Assembly: GCA_035542555.1 (NCBI GenBank)
Contig: DATKLF010000112.1
Coordinates: 25,487 to 89,486, forward strand
Direction: 5' to 3'
From: Solirubrobacteraceae bacterium
GTDB taxonomy: Bacteria; Actinomycetota; Thermoleophilia; Solirubrobacterales; Solirubrobacteraceae
Length of the DNA stretch: 64,000 nt
The notes under the pieces were generated by a model. It did not search any database. It was not told where the DNA came from and worked only from the letters and a program-made list of their open reading frames with translations. The position numbers and the translations under genes were made by a program. Shown here in pieces: positions 38,601-46,799 of this stretch (position 1 is its first letter; every line of letters starts with the position of its first letter).

Positions 38601-38950
38601 TCGATGACGCGGGCCGCGAGCTGGCGTGGGAGCCGCGCGAGGTGAGCGCGTACGTGCGCCCGCGCTACGGCGCCCACTGCGCCGAGGCCGCCGTGCGCGC
38701 CGGGGCCGCCGAGGCGGCGGCGCGGCTGGTCGAGGCCGGCGCCCTGGCCGAGGGCGACCGCTTCGCCGAGCAGTTGGTCGCCCGCGCCCACGCGCTGCAC
38801 GAGGGCGACGCCGACGCGCTGCTCGCCGCGCACGCCGGCTTCGGGGCGATCGGCGCCCGCTACGAGCAGGCGCGCACCGGCGTCGACCTCGGGGGCGAGG
38901 ACGCCGGCGCCGGGCGCGCGTTCCTCGCAGGGCTCGGGATCCCCGTCTGA
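35663..38950 (+). CDS. Zn-ribbon + class III adenylate/guanylate cyclase + AAA/STAND NTPase + helical-repeat protein
   Basis: - Zn-ribbon: CAGCGEQAPDGARFCPACG.
- Cyclase: ATILFADLVGST, EKFVGDAVLAAFG, GEAVNAAARIEQ.
- Walker A: VVGEAGLGKTRLL.
- Walker B-like: LALDDVHWAD.
- No C-terminal LuxR HTH seen. Confidence 0.75.
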   Translation: MGDMTCAGCGEQAPDGARFCPACGAPLAPAPSGERRLATILFADLVGSTALTVGLDPEDARALLERYYDVARAVLEEHGGTLEKFVGDAVLAAFGVPRSHGDDPDRAVRAGLELAERVAALGPQYAVRVGIATGEVLVAAPGGDLDLTGEAVNAAARIEQAAQRSQVLVDERTARACQVAELRTASPIDAKGFVEPLAVHEAVAARRGARALLDTPLIGRDDDLVLVELLVRRASSGRVPALITVVGEAGLGKTRLLREALARLRAGETTPMVLSGRSPSYGRGVAFWAVGEVLREVAGAAPDAAPDVVLGALRTRLAGLGADDAGDLAADLVVAVGAAEDAAGPVVERLRRAWRRMLGLLATCGPVILALDDVHWADDGTLDLIEDAMVGVGDLPLAILCTARPELLERRPAWAGGLRGSGAVHLAPLAGPQARELAAVLLRDTGVASDTGVAERIAALAAGNPFFTEELACNPELLAGDGGALPDSVQGAVIARLDQLAAGERRTLQAAAVLGVRFSADAVAALTGADPGSELDGLARSAVIVAEPQEGAGLHAFRHQILRDVAYGTLPRPARADLHERAASWTTEHAGERLPELSEIIAYHRERAAELTGDEERRRLAAQELLGAAWNAALRGAVGQADALFDRSAAIAPEVGLAVRAHREAAEVALWAGMRGDLALDHERRAAELARAAGEPRLEATALAAMVELHRRYSGIVGPAADAKEAAALLARATELAGGADAVVLARVAVAEAWVATDVAYDRGHAGEPGADVAIPAAERACELAQAADDPVLLSSALDALAAAQQAAGWPQRAAAATLRRRALAPRLRAPGAPGAERFDALNMIAEALESVGDFGEALAAARDARAAALERGLDHSAYTRLAGPLFELGGWDELVEEVARFRAGWEAAERPPAGFARTSLAIAIAVPALRGDERTLAEWSAAWDQLQEGGRREGQSVAWPGNAALVVSRARVALQQGRLDDAGRELAWEPREVSAYVRPRYGAHCAEAAVRAGAAEAAARLVEAGALAEGDRFAEQLVARAHALHEGDADALLAAHAGFGAIGARYEQARTGVDLGGEDAGAGRAFLAGLGIPV

Positions 38951-38997
38951 CAGCGCCCGCCCGCGCGCAGGAAACCGCCGAGCGTGCGGGAACCCCG

Positions 38998-39019
38998 GTT
39001 CACGGGCCGTTCACAGGCC
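38998..39019 (+). promoter_or_regulatory. Tandem 11-bp direct repeat GTTCACGGGCC GTTCACAGGCC upstream of clpC
   Basis: Read directly from the sequence. It lies about 200 nt upstream of the clpC ATG. A TAGGGT -10-like box follows at 39106. Confidence 0.3.
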
Positions 39020-39214
39020 CGGGAGGGGCCATGACCCGCTGGTAAACTTGTCCATGCCCGCCGAATTCCCCCGTTCGCTCATCCGATCTGCCGTCAGGGC
39101 CGAAAACTAGGGTGAGAGGGACGGGCCGTCTTCGTCCCCGCAAACGCCTACCGCACAGACCACCGATCCGACCGACGTACCGCACACCGCCCGCAGGAAG
39201 GACGTAGCAGCACA

Positions 39215-41797
39215 ATGTTCGAGCGATTCACAGAGCGTGCCCGCCAGGTGGTCGTCCTCGCTCAGGAGGAGGCGCGGACGCTCAAGCACAACTACATCGG
39301 GACCGAGCACATCCTGCTCGGGCTGCTGCGCGAGGAGGAGGGCCTAGCCGCCCGCGTGCTCGAGAGCCTCGACATCACCGTCGAGCGCGTGCGCGCGCAG
39401 GTCGTGCGCATCGTCGGGTCGGGCGAGGAGGTCACCTCCGGGCAGATCCCGTTCACCCCGCGCGCCAAGAAGGTGCTGGAGCTCGCGCTGCGCGAGGCGC
39501 TGAGCCTGGGCCACAACTACATCGGGACCGAGCACATCCTGCTCGGCCTCGTGCGCGAGAACGAGGGCGTCGCCGCCCGCATCCTGCTCGACTTCGACGC
39601 GGACTCCGAGAAGATCCGCAACGAGGTCATCCGCATGCTCTCCGGCCCCGGGGGCCGGCGCCAGGGCGCGGGCGCGGGCCAGGGCCAGGGCCAGGGCGCT
39701 GCGGCCTCCGGCGAGGGCAAGAAGTCCTCCAAGCTGCTCGACCAGTTCGGGCGCAACCTCACGAAGCTCGCCGCCGAGGGCAAGCTCGACCCGGTCGTCG
39801 GGCGTGAGACCGAGATCGAGCGGATCATGCAGATCCTCTCGCGCCGCACGAAGAACAATCCCGTGCTCATCGGCGAGCCCGGCGTCGGCAAGACCGCGGT
39901 CGTCGAGGGGCTCGCGCAGCGCATCACGAACGCCGACGTGCCCGAGCTGCTGAAGGGCAAGCAGATCTACACGCTCGACCTGGCGGCGCTCGTCGCCGGC
40001 TCGAAGTACCGCGGCGAGTTCGAGGAGCGCCTGAAGAAGGTGATGAAGGAGATCACCCAGCGCGGCGACATCATCCTGTTCATCGACGAGCTGCACAACC
40101 TCGTCGGCGCGGGCGCCGCCGAGGGCGCGATCGACGCCGCCTCGATCCTCAAGCCCGCGCTGGCGCGCGGCGAGCTGCAGACGATCGGCGCCACGACGCT
40201 GGACGAGTACCGCAAGTACCTCGAGCGCGACAGCGCGCTGGAGCGCCGCTTCCAGCAGATCCGCGTCGACCAGCCCACGATCGAGGAGACGGTCCAGATC
40301 CTCGAGGGCCTGCGCGACCGCTACGAGCAGCACCACAAGGTCGAGATCACCGACGAGGCGCTGCGCGCGGCCTCCGAGCTGGCCGACCGCTACATCTCCG
40401 ACCGCCAGCTGCCGGACAAGGCGATCGACCTCATCGACGAGGCCGCCTCGCGCATGCGCATCAAGTCGATGACCTCGCCGCCGATCTACCGCGAGCTCGA
40501 GGAGGACATCGAGCGCACCCGCCGCGAGAAGGAGGCGGCGATCGAGGCCCAGGAGTTCGAGAAGGCCGCCGCGCTGCGCGACGACGAGCGCAAGCTCACG
40601 ACGAAGAAGCGCGAGCTGGAGGACCAGTGGCGCGCCGGCGAGGGCGAGGGCCCGCGCCCGGCGATCGGCGAGGAGGAGATCGCCGACATCGTCTCGATGT
40701 GGACCGGCATCCCCGTCTTCAAGCTCACCGAGGCCGAGACCGCGAAGCTCATGCGCATGGAGGAGGAGCTCCACAAGCGCGTCATCGGGCAGCACGCCGC
40801 CGTCGAGGTCATCTCGAAGGCGATCCGTCGCTCGCGCGCGGGGCTCAAGGACCCCAAGCGCCCGACCGGCTCGTTCGTCTTCCTCGGCCCCTCGGGCGTC
40901 GGCAAGACGGAGCTCGCGCGCACGCTCGCCGAGTTCCTCTTCGGCGACGAGGACGCGATGACGCGCATCGACATGTCCGAGTACATGGAGAAGCACGCGG
41001 TCTCGCGGCTCGTCGGCTCGCCCCCCGGCTACATCGGCTACGACGAGGGCGGCCAGCTGACCGAGGCCGTGCGGCGCAAGCCGTACTGCGTCCTGCTGCT
41101 CGACGAGATCGAGAAGGCCCACCCGGACGTCTTCAACATCCTGCTGCAGATCCTCGAGGACGGGCGGCTGACCGACTCCCAGGGTCGCACGGTCGACTTC
41201 CGCCACGCGATCGTGATCATGACGTCGAACATCGGCGCGCAGGAGATCGCCCGCAACACCCCGCTCGGCTTCGCCGTCAGCGAGGACGAGACGGGTATCA
41301 CCTACGAGGACATGAAGACGCGGATCATGGGCGAGCTCAAGAAGGTCTTCCGGCCTGAGTTCCTCAACCGCATCGACGACGTGATCGTGTTCCACAAGCT
41401 CCAGAAGAGCGAGATCACGACGATCGTCGAGCTGCTCCTGCGGCGGATCCGCTCCTCGCTGGCCGAGCGCGAGCTGCAGCTCGAGCTCACCGAGGCGGCG
41501 AAGGACTTCCTCGTCGAGAAGGGGTGGGACCCGTCGATGGGCGCGCGCCCGCTGCGCCGCGCGATCCAGCGCTACATCGAGGACCCGCTCGCCGACTTCG
41601 TCCTGCGGGCGGAGCTCCCGCCCGGCGCGACGGTGCTCGTCGATGCCGCTCCGGAGGGGGACGAGCGCGACCTGATCCTCACCGTGATCGAGCCGACGAA
41701 GGTGCCGGCGGCCGTCGGCGGCGGCGAGGCCGTCGAGAAGGCCGAGGAGCCCGGACCCGCCGACGAGCACGAGCCGGGGCCCGGCACCGACGGCTGA
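39215..41797 (+). CDS. clpC: ATP-dependent Clp protease ATP-binding subunit ClpC
   Basis: [38 protein letters not shown] with a duplicated Clp-N repeat. Two Walker A motifs: [15 protein letters not shown] and [15 protein letters not shown]. Confidence 0.95.
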   Translation: MFERFTERARQVVVLAQEEARTLKHNYIGTEHILLGLLREEEGLAARVLESLDITVERVRAQVVRIVGSGEEVTSGQIPFTPRAKKVLELALREALSLGHNYIGTEHILLGLVRENEGVAARILLDFDADSEKIRNEVIRMLSGPGGRRQGAGAGQGQGQGAAASGEGKKSSKLLDQFGRNLTKLAAEGKLDPVVGRETEIERIMQILSRRTKNNPVLIGEPGVGKTAVVEGLAQRITNADVPELLKGKQIYTLDLAALVAGSKYRGEFEERLKKVMKEITQRGDIILFIDELHNLVGAGAAEGAIDAASILKPALARGELQTIGATTLDEYRKYLERDSALERRFQQIRVDQPTIEETVQILEGLRDRYEQHHKVEITDEALRAASELADRYISDRQLPDKAIDLIDEAASRMRIKSMTSPPIYRELEEDIERTRREKEAAIEAQEFEKAAALRDDERKLTTKKRELEDQWRAGEGEGPRPAIGEEEIADIVSMWTGIPVFKLTEAETAKLMRMEEELHKRVIGQHAAVEVISKAIRRSRAGLKDPKRPTGSFVFLGPSGVGKTELARTLAEFLFGDEDAMTRIDMSEYMEKHAVSRLVGSPPGYIGYDEGGQLTEAVRRKPYCVLLLDEIEKAHPDVFNILLQILEDGRLTDSQGRTVDFRHAIVIMTSNIGAQEIARNTPLGFAVSEDETGITYEDMKTRIMGELKKVFRPEFLNRIDDVIVFHKLQKSEITTIVELLLRRIRSSLAERELQLELTEAAKDFLVEKGWDPSMGARPLRRAIQRYIEDPLADFVLRAELPPGATVLVDAAPEGDERDLILTVIEPTKVPAAVGGGEAVEKAEEPGPADEHEPGPGTDG

Positions 41798-41843
41798 CCC
41801 CTGCGCGCGGTCCCGGCCGCGTGCGAGAACGCCTGCGAGCATG

Positions 41844-41873
41844 AAGAGGGCCGCCCCGTCCGGCGGCCCTCTT
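41844..41873 (+). terminator. Rho-independent-type hairpin after clpC (12-bp perfect stem AAGAGGGCCGCC / GGCGGCCCTCTT)
   Basis: Stem and 6-nt loop read directly from the sequence, followed by TCGCTCT. The T-tract is weak, as is common in GC-rich genomes. Confidence 0.6.
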
Positions 41874-42053
41874 TCGCTCTCCCCGTCCCGGCAGTTGAGA
41901 GGCCCCGGCCGCGGGGCACCGGACGGTCTTCGGTGGCTACAGCGTCGGCGAACGGCGCGTGGGGCTTGACGAGCGGCGGCCGGGGCGGACGAACGGTCGA
42001 TGCGGGGCGACGGACGGCGCAGGCGGCGACTCGGGCGCTCTCGCCCGGGTCGC

Positions 42054-42195
42054 GATCGTGTGCAAACCACATCGGCGCAGCCGATGTGGTTGCAAGGGCT
42101 CCGCGGCGCTCAGGCGTGACCGGCGCTCCGCGCGCCGCGCCCGACGGATCGTGTGCAACGGCATCGGCGGCACCGGCGCCCCCGCACACGATGCG
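42054..42195 (+). repeat. Two further copies of the GATCGTGTGC hairpin element
   Basis: 42054: GATCGTGTGCAAACCACATCGG-CGCAG-CCGATGTGGTTGCAA, with an 11-bp stem. 42147: GATCGTGTGCAACGGCATCGGCGGCACCGGCGCC...GCACACGAT. Confidence 0.75.
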
Positions 42196-42258
42196 CTTGG
42201 CGACCGGAGGGCCGCCTTATGGCGCCCGACATTCCGCGGTGACGCGAAATGACTCATC

Positions 42259-42264
42259 TAGGGT
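42259..42264 (+). promoter_or_regulatory. -10-like TAGGGT ending 7 nt before the ATG (leaderless geometry) of the CDGSH::PLP gene
   Basis: TAGGGT-GAGGTC-ATG read directly from the sequence. Confidence 0.35.
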
Positions 42265-42270
42265 GAGGTC

Positions 42271-43548
42271 ATGGCCAGCGAGCACGACGAGGTCGTCATC
42301 AAGGTCCGCGAGGGCGGGCCCTACAAGGTGACGGGCGACTTCCGGCTCACCGACGCCCACGACGCCGACATCCCGCTGCCCGACGACGGGCGCGCCGTCG
42401 TGCTGTGCCGCTGCGGGCGCTCGCGCACCAAGCCGTTCTGCGACCGCTCGCACGCCTGCCGCACCGACGACACCGCCGTCGTGCACGCCGGCCTCGCCGA
42501 GCCGCAGCAGGGAGAGCCGTTCCTCGCCGGCCCCGTGTTCGCCGCGCCGTTCCACTTCGCCGGTGACGCTGACGCCGGCGCCGAGGACGGCGTGCCGCGC
42601 GCCGCCGAGCGCTTCTACGGGCGCTACGCGAACCCGACCTGGGCAGGCTGGGAGGCCGCGCTCGGCGCGCTCGAGGGCGGCACCGCCGTGGCGTTCGCCT
42701 CGGGCATGGCGGCGGTCAGCGCGGTGCTGCTGCCGCTGCTCGCGCCCGGCGATGTGCTCGTCGCGCCGTCCGACGGCTACTACACCGTTCGCACGCTCGC
42801 CGAGCGCCAGCTGCGCCCGCGCGGCATCGAGGTGCGGCTCGTGCCCACGCGCACCGACGCGGTCATCGACGCGCTCGAGGGCGCGAGCGTCGTGTGGGTC
42901 GAGTCCCCGTCCAACCCGCTGCTCGACGTGCTCGACATCGAGCAGGTGGCCGCCGAGGCCCACGACGCCGGTGCGCTCGTCGCCGTCGACAACACGCTCG
43001 CCACGCCGCTGCGCCAGCGCCCGCTGGGGCTCGGCGCGGACTTCGCGATGGCGAGCGCCGCCAAGCAGCTCACCGGCCACAGCGACTTGATCCTCGGCTA
43101 CGTCGCGGCCGCGGAGCCGGCACGAGCCGAGGCGCTGCGTGCCTGGCGCACGACGACCGGCTCGATCCCCGGGCCCTTCGAGGTCTGGCTCGCGCATCGC
43201 TCGCTGGCGACGCTCGGCGTGCGCGTCGAGCGCCAGGAGCGCACGGCGGCCGCGCTCGCGGATCTGCTGGCGCGCCGCGGCGACGTCGCCTGGAGCCGCT
43301 GGCCGGGCCTCGGCTGCGTCGTCTCCTTCGATCTCGCCACCGCCGAGCGCGCGCACGCCTTCCTGGACGCCGCGAAGCTCGTCGCGCAGGCGACGAGCTT
43401 CGGCGGCGTGCACTCCAGCGCTGAGCGCCGTGCGCGTTGGGGGGGCGACGAGGTCTCAGCGGGCCTCATCCGCATGAGCGTCGGCGTGGAGGACCAGGCG
43501 GACCTCCTGGCCGACGTCGGCCAGGCGCTCGACGCGGCGCGCGGGTGA
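42271..43548 (+). CDS. Fusion protein: N-terminal CDGSH iron-sulfur domain + Cys/Met-metabolism PLP enzyme (cystathionine gamma-synthase/lyase-like)
   Basis: VIKVREGGPYKVTGDFRL...LCRCGRSRTKPFCDRSH fits C-x-C-x2-S-x3-P-x-C-D-x-S-H. The PLP domain has YANPTW...ASGMAAV...MASAAKQLTGHSDLILG. It is a single uninterrupted ORF. Confidence 0.7.
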   Translation: MASEHDEVVIKVREGGPYKVTGDFRLTDAHDADIPLPDDGRAVVLCRCGRSRTKPFCDRSHACRTDDTAVVHAGLAEPQQGEPFLAGPVFAAPFHFAGDADAGAEDGVPRAAERFYGRYANPTWAGWEAALGALEGGTAVAFASGMAAVSAVLLPLLAPGDVLVAPSDGYYTVRTLAERQLRPRGIEVRLVPTRTDAVIDALEGASVVWVESPSNPLLDVLDIEQVAAEAHDAGALVAVDNTLATPLRQRPLGLGADFAMASAAKQLTGHSDLILGYVAAAEPARAEALRAWRTTTGSIPGPFEVWLAHRSLATLGVRVERQERTAAALADLLARRGDVAWSRWPGLGCVVSFDLATAERAHAFLDAAKLVAQATSFGGVHSSAERRARWGGDEVSAGLIRMSVGVEDQADLLADVGQALDAARG

Positions 43549-43578
43549 TGAGGCTCGACCCGCGCGCCGCGTGCGGGC

Positions 43579-44070
43579 TCAGCTCTTCGGGATGAGCACC
43601 GAGTCGATGACGTGGATGATCCCGTTGGAGGCCTTCACGTCGGTCTTGACGACCTTCGCCGAGTTGACGTAGACCGAGCCGCCCTTGACCTTGATCTGCA
43701 CCGACTGGCCGTTGAGCGTCTTGACCGACTTGCCGTTGAGCTTGACGACCTTGCTCGCCGGGACCGCGCCCTTGACGACGTGGTAGGTGAGGATCGAGGT
43801 CAGCAGCTTCTTGTCGCTTGCGACCTTGTTGAGCGTCGCCTTCGGGAGCTTGGCGAAGGCGGCGTTCGTCGGGGCGAAGACCGTGAGCTTCGTCTTGCCC
43901 GACAGCGCGCCGACGAGGCCCGCCTTCTTGACGAGGCTGACGAGCGTCGAGAACTGCGGGTTGCCGGCGGCGACGTCGACGATCGTGTTCGACTTGGCGC
44001 CGGCGCTCGCCGGGGCGGCCACGGCGACGGCCGCGAGCACGGCGGCGAGGAGCAGGGCGATGCGCTTCAT
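43579..44070 (-). CDS. Secreted fasciclin (FAS1) domain protein
   Basis: [23 protein letters not shown] signal peptide. [14 protein letters not shown] and [20 protein letters not shown]. Confidence 0.8.
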   Translation of the reverse strand: MKRIALLLAAVLAAVAVAAPASAGAKSNTIVDVAAGNPQFSTLVSLVKKAGLVGALSGKTKLTVFAPTNAAFAKLPKATLNKVASDKKLLTSILTYHVVKGAVPASKVVKLNGKSVKTLNGQSVQIKVKGGSVYVNSAKVVKTDVKASNGIIHVIDSVLIPKS

Positions 44071-44200
44071 GTCCGGGATCCCTCCGTTGGGTCGGGGTTT
44101 GCCTGTGCACGGCGCTACGCCCACGCGCTCGCCCGCGGTTGCCCGGCGGACGCATCCTGGCGCGCCGGGACTCACGGGGGAACCCGTCCAGCCCGCGGCC

Positions 44201-44206
44201 TAGGGT
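44201..44206 (+). promoter_or_regulatory. -10-like TAGGGT ending 7 nt before the radA ATG (leaderless geometry)
   Basis: TAGGGT-GGGCGC-ATG read directly from the sequence. Confidence 0.35.
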
Positions 44207-44212
44207 GGGCGC

Positions 44213-45580
44213 ATGGCCCGCCCGTCGACCGTCCACGTCTGCTCCGCCTGCGGCCACGCCGAGGCACGCTGGCACGGGCGCTGCCCGGCGTGCGGGGAGT
44301 GGAACACGCTGCACGAGGAGCGCGCCCCTGTCCGCGCCGGCGCCCAGGCGGCGCGCACAGCGCGCGCCGCGGCGCGGCCGGTCGCCCTGCGCGACGTGCG
44401 TGCCGACGAGGCGCCGCGCGTGCGCACCGGGATCGGCGAGCTCGACCGGCTGCTCGGCGGCGGCGTGGTGCCGGGCTCGCTCGTGCTGATCGGCGGCTCG
44501 CCGGGCATCGGCAAGTCGACGCTGACGACGATGGCCCTCGGCCTGATGCAGGGTGCCGGCCATCGCACGCTCTACGTCTCCGGCGAGGAGTCCGCCGCGC
44601 AGATCCGCCTGCGCGCGGAGCGCCTGCAGGCCGGCAGCGCGCCGGGCGCGCTCGACGTGCCGGTGCTCGCCGAGACCGGGCTTGAGGCGATCCTCGCCAC
44701 GCTCGAGGCCGAGCGGCCGCAGGTCTGCGTGATCGACTCGGTGCAGACGCTCGCCGCCGGCGACCTCTCGGGCGCGCCCGGCACCGTCGGGCAGGTGCGC
44801 GAGGTCGCGGCGCGGATCATGGAGGCCGCCAAGCGCAGCGGAACCGCCGTGCTGCTCGTCGGCCACGTGACGAAGGACGGCGCGCTCGCCGGCCCGCGGG
44901 TGCTCGAGCACCTCGTCGACTGCGTGCTGCAGTTCGAGGGCGAGCGCGAGCGCACCTACCGCACGCTGCGTGCGCTGAAGAACCGTTTCGGCTCGACCAA
45001 CGACGTGGGCGTCTTCGAGATGCGCGAGGGCGGGCTCGTCGAGGTGCTGGACGCCAGCGCGCGCTTCGTGGGCGAGGCCACACGCGCTCCCGGCAGCGTG
45101 GTGCTCGCCGCGATGGAGGGCTCGCGTCCGCTGCTCGTCGAGGTTCAGGCGCTCGTCTCGCCGAGTGAGCTCGTCCCGCCGCGCCGCGTCGTCAGCGGGA
45201 TCGACCGCAACAGGCTGGCGCTCGTGCTCGCCGTGCTCGCGCGCCATGCCGGCGTGGGGACGGGCACCGCCGACGTGTTCGTCAACGTCGTCGGCGGGGT
45301 GCGCGTCGACGAGCCCGGCGCCGACCTCGCCGTCGCGCTCGCGGTCGCCGGCGCGGCGCGGGGCGTCGTGCTGGGCGGCGAGGACGAGCCCACCCCGCTC
45401 GCCGCCTTCGGCGAGATCGGCCTTACCGGCGAGCTGCGCTCGGTCGCCCACCACGACCGCCGACGCGAGGAGGCGGAGAAGTTCGGGCTGGCGCGTGTCA
45501 TCTCGCCGGAGAGCGCCCCGACGCTGCGCGACGCGCTGCGCCAGGCGGCCGCCGGGCGGCCCGTGCCCGCCGCGGCCTGA
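44213..45580 (+). CDS. radA: DNA repair protein RadA
   Basis: Zinc finger CSACGHAEARWHGRCPACGEW. Walker A GGSPGIGKST. ALKNRFGSTNDVGVFEM. Confidence 0.95.
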   Translation: MARPSTVHVCSACGHAEARWHGRCPACGEWNTLHEERAPVRAGAQAARTARAAARPVALRDVRADEAPRVRTGIGELDRLLGGGVVPGSLVLIGGSPGIGKSTLTTMALGLMQGAGHRTLYVSGEESAAQIRLRAERLQAGSAPGALDVPVLAETGLEAILATLEAERPQVCVIDSVQTLAAGDLSGAPGTVGQVREVAARIMEAAKRSGTAVLLVGHVTKDGALAGPRVLEHLVDCVLQFEGERERTYRTLRALKNRFGSTNDVGVFEMREGGLVEVLDASARFVGEATRAPGSVVLAAMEGSRPLLVEVQALVSPSELVPPRRVVSGIDRNRLALVLAVLARHAGVGTGTADVFVNVVGGVRVDEPGADLAVALAVAGAARGVVLGGEDEPTPLAAFGEIGLTGELRSVAHHDRRREEAEKFGLARVISPESAPTLRDALRQAAAGRPVPAAA

Positions 45581-45638
45581 CACCCCTCCAGATCCGGCGC
45601 CGGCCCGCCGTCCGACCGGGGGCGAAACCCTCGACCCC

Positions 45639-45647
45639 TGGTAGAAT
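45639..45647 (+). promoter_or_regulatory. Extended -10 TGgTAGAAT immediately upstream of the disA start (leaderless geometry)
   Basis: The TAGAAT ends 6 nt before the GTG at 45653 and 9 nt before the in-frame ATG at 45656. Confidence 0.45.
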
Positions 45648-45652
45648 TCCGC

Positions 45653-46768
45653 GTGATGGCGCACCGGACCGGGGATGAGATGACCGATCTGGAGAGTCGC
45701 CAGGAGCCCCGGCTCGTGAAGTCCCTCGAGATGGTCGCGCCCGGTACCGCGCTGCGCGAGGGCGTCGACAACATCGTCCACGCGCGCACCGGCGCGCTGA
45801 TCGTCGTCGGCGACCCCGAGGAGCTGAGCTTCCTCTTCTCCGGGGGCATCAAGCTCGACATCGACTACTCGCCCGCCTTCCTCTACCAGGTGGCGAAGAT
45901 GGACGGGGCCATCATCCTCAACGTCAACGCGACGAAGATCGCGATGGCCAACGTCCAGCTCATCCCGGACCCGACGATCCTGTCGCTGGAGACCGGAACA
46001 CGCCACCGCACCGGAGAGCGCGTCAGCAAGCAGACCGACGCGCTCGTGATCGCGATCTCCCAGCGGCGCGAGATCGTCTCGCTGTACGTCGATGGCGCGA
46101 AGTACATCCTCGAGGACATCCCGACCGTCCTGGCGAAGGCCAACCAGGCGCTGGCGACGCTCGACAAGTACCGCGCGCGCCTCGACCAGGTCTCCACCCG
46201 CCTGACGGCGCTCGAGTTCGAGGGCGGCGCGACGCTCCACGACGTGCTCACGGTGCTGCAGCGCTCGGAGCTCGTGACGCGCATGGCCGTCGAGATCGAG
46301 CGCTACATCGTCGAGCTGGGCACCGAGGGTCGCCTGATCGAGATGCAGCTTGAGGAGACGATGGTCGGCACCGCGGCCGACAAGGCGGCGCTCGTGCACG
46401 ACTACCTCGCCGAGGACGGCGACGAGGGGTTCGCGCAGGCACTCGACCAGCTCGGGCGGCTCCCCCACCAGGACCTCCTCGATTTCGGTCGCCTCGCCGA
46501 GCTGCTCGGCTACGACCGCAAGCTCAACACGCTCGACTTCCCCGTCTCGCCGCGCGGGTACCGGATCCTCGGGCGCATCCCGCGCCTGCCGAAGCTCGTC
46601 GTTGCGAACATCGTGGCGGCGAGCGGTGGGCTGGACGAGCTGCTCGCCGCGAGCGACGTCGACCTCGAGGGCATCGAGGGCGTCGGCGAGATCCGCGCCA
46701 AGGACATCCGCGAGGGGCTGCGGCGCCTGCAGGAGATCAACCTCGTCGATCGCTACCTGCAGACATGA
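45653..46768 (+). CDS. disA: DNA integrity scanning protein DisA (diadenylate cyclase)
   Basis: DAC domain GALIVVGD, KMDGAIILN, TGTRHRTGERVS. C-terminal HhH IEGVGEIRAKDIREGL. Confidence 0.9.
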   Translation: MMAHRTGDEMTDLESRQEPRLVKSLEMVAPGTALREGVDNIVHARTGALIVVGDPEELSFLFSGGIKLDIDYSPAFLYQVAKMDGAIILNVNATKIAMANVQLIPDPTILSLETGTRHRTGERVSKQTDALVIAISQRREIVSLYVDGAKYILEDIPTVLAKANQALATLDKYRARLDQVSTRLTALEFEGGATLHDVLTVLQRSELVTRMAVEIERYIVELGTEGRLIEMQLEETMVGTAADKAALVHDYLAEDGDEGFAQALDQLGRLPHQDLLDFGRLAELLGYDRKLNTLDFPVSPRGYRILGRIPRLPKLVVANIVAASGGLDELLAASDVDLEGIEGVGEIRAKDIREGLRRLQEINLVDRYLQT

Positions 46769-46799
46769 ACCAGAACCGTGCTGAAGGAACGGCCCGGGC

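Noticed and set aside
41880-42270. SAM (S-box or SAM-IV) riboswitch upstream of the Cys/Met PLP enzyme gene
   Set aside because: No recognisable S-box or SAM-IV conserved segments. The spacer is instead occupied by the GATCGTGTGC repeat copies, and the gene appears leaderless.
44213-46768. DisA and the cyclase-domain genes as CBASS/Pycsar-like cyclic-nucleotide defence systems
   Set aside because: radA-disA is the conserved housekeeping pair. The class III cyclases are fused to regulatory domains (MerR, STAND) and lack adjacent effector genes.
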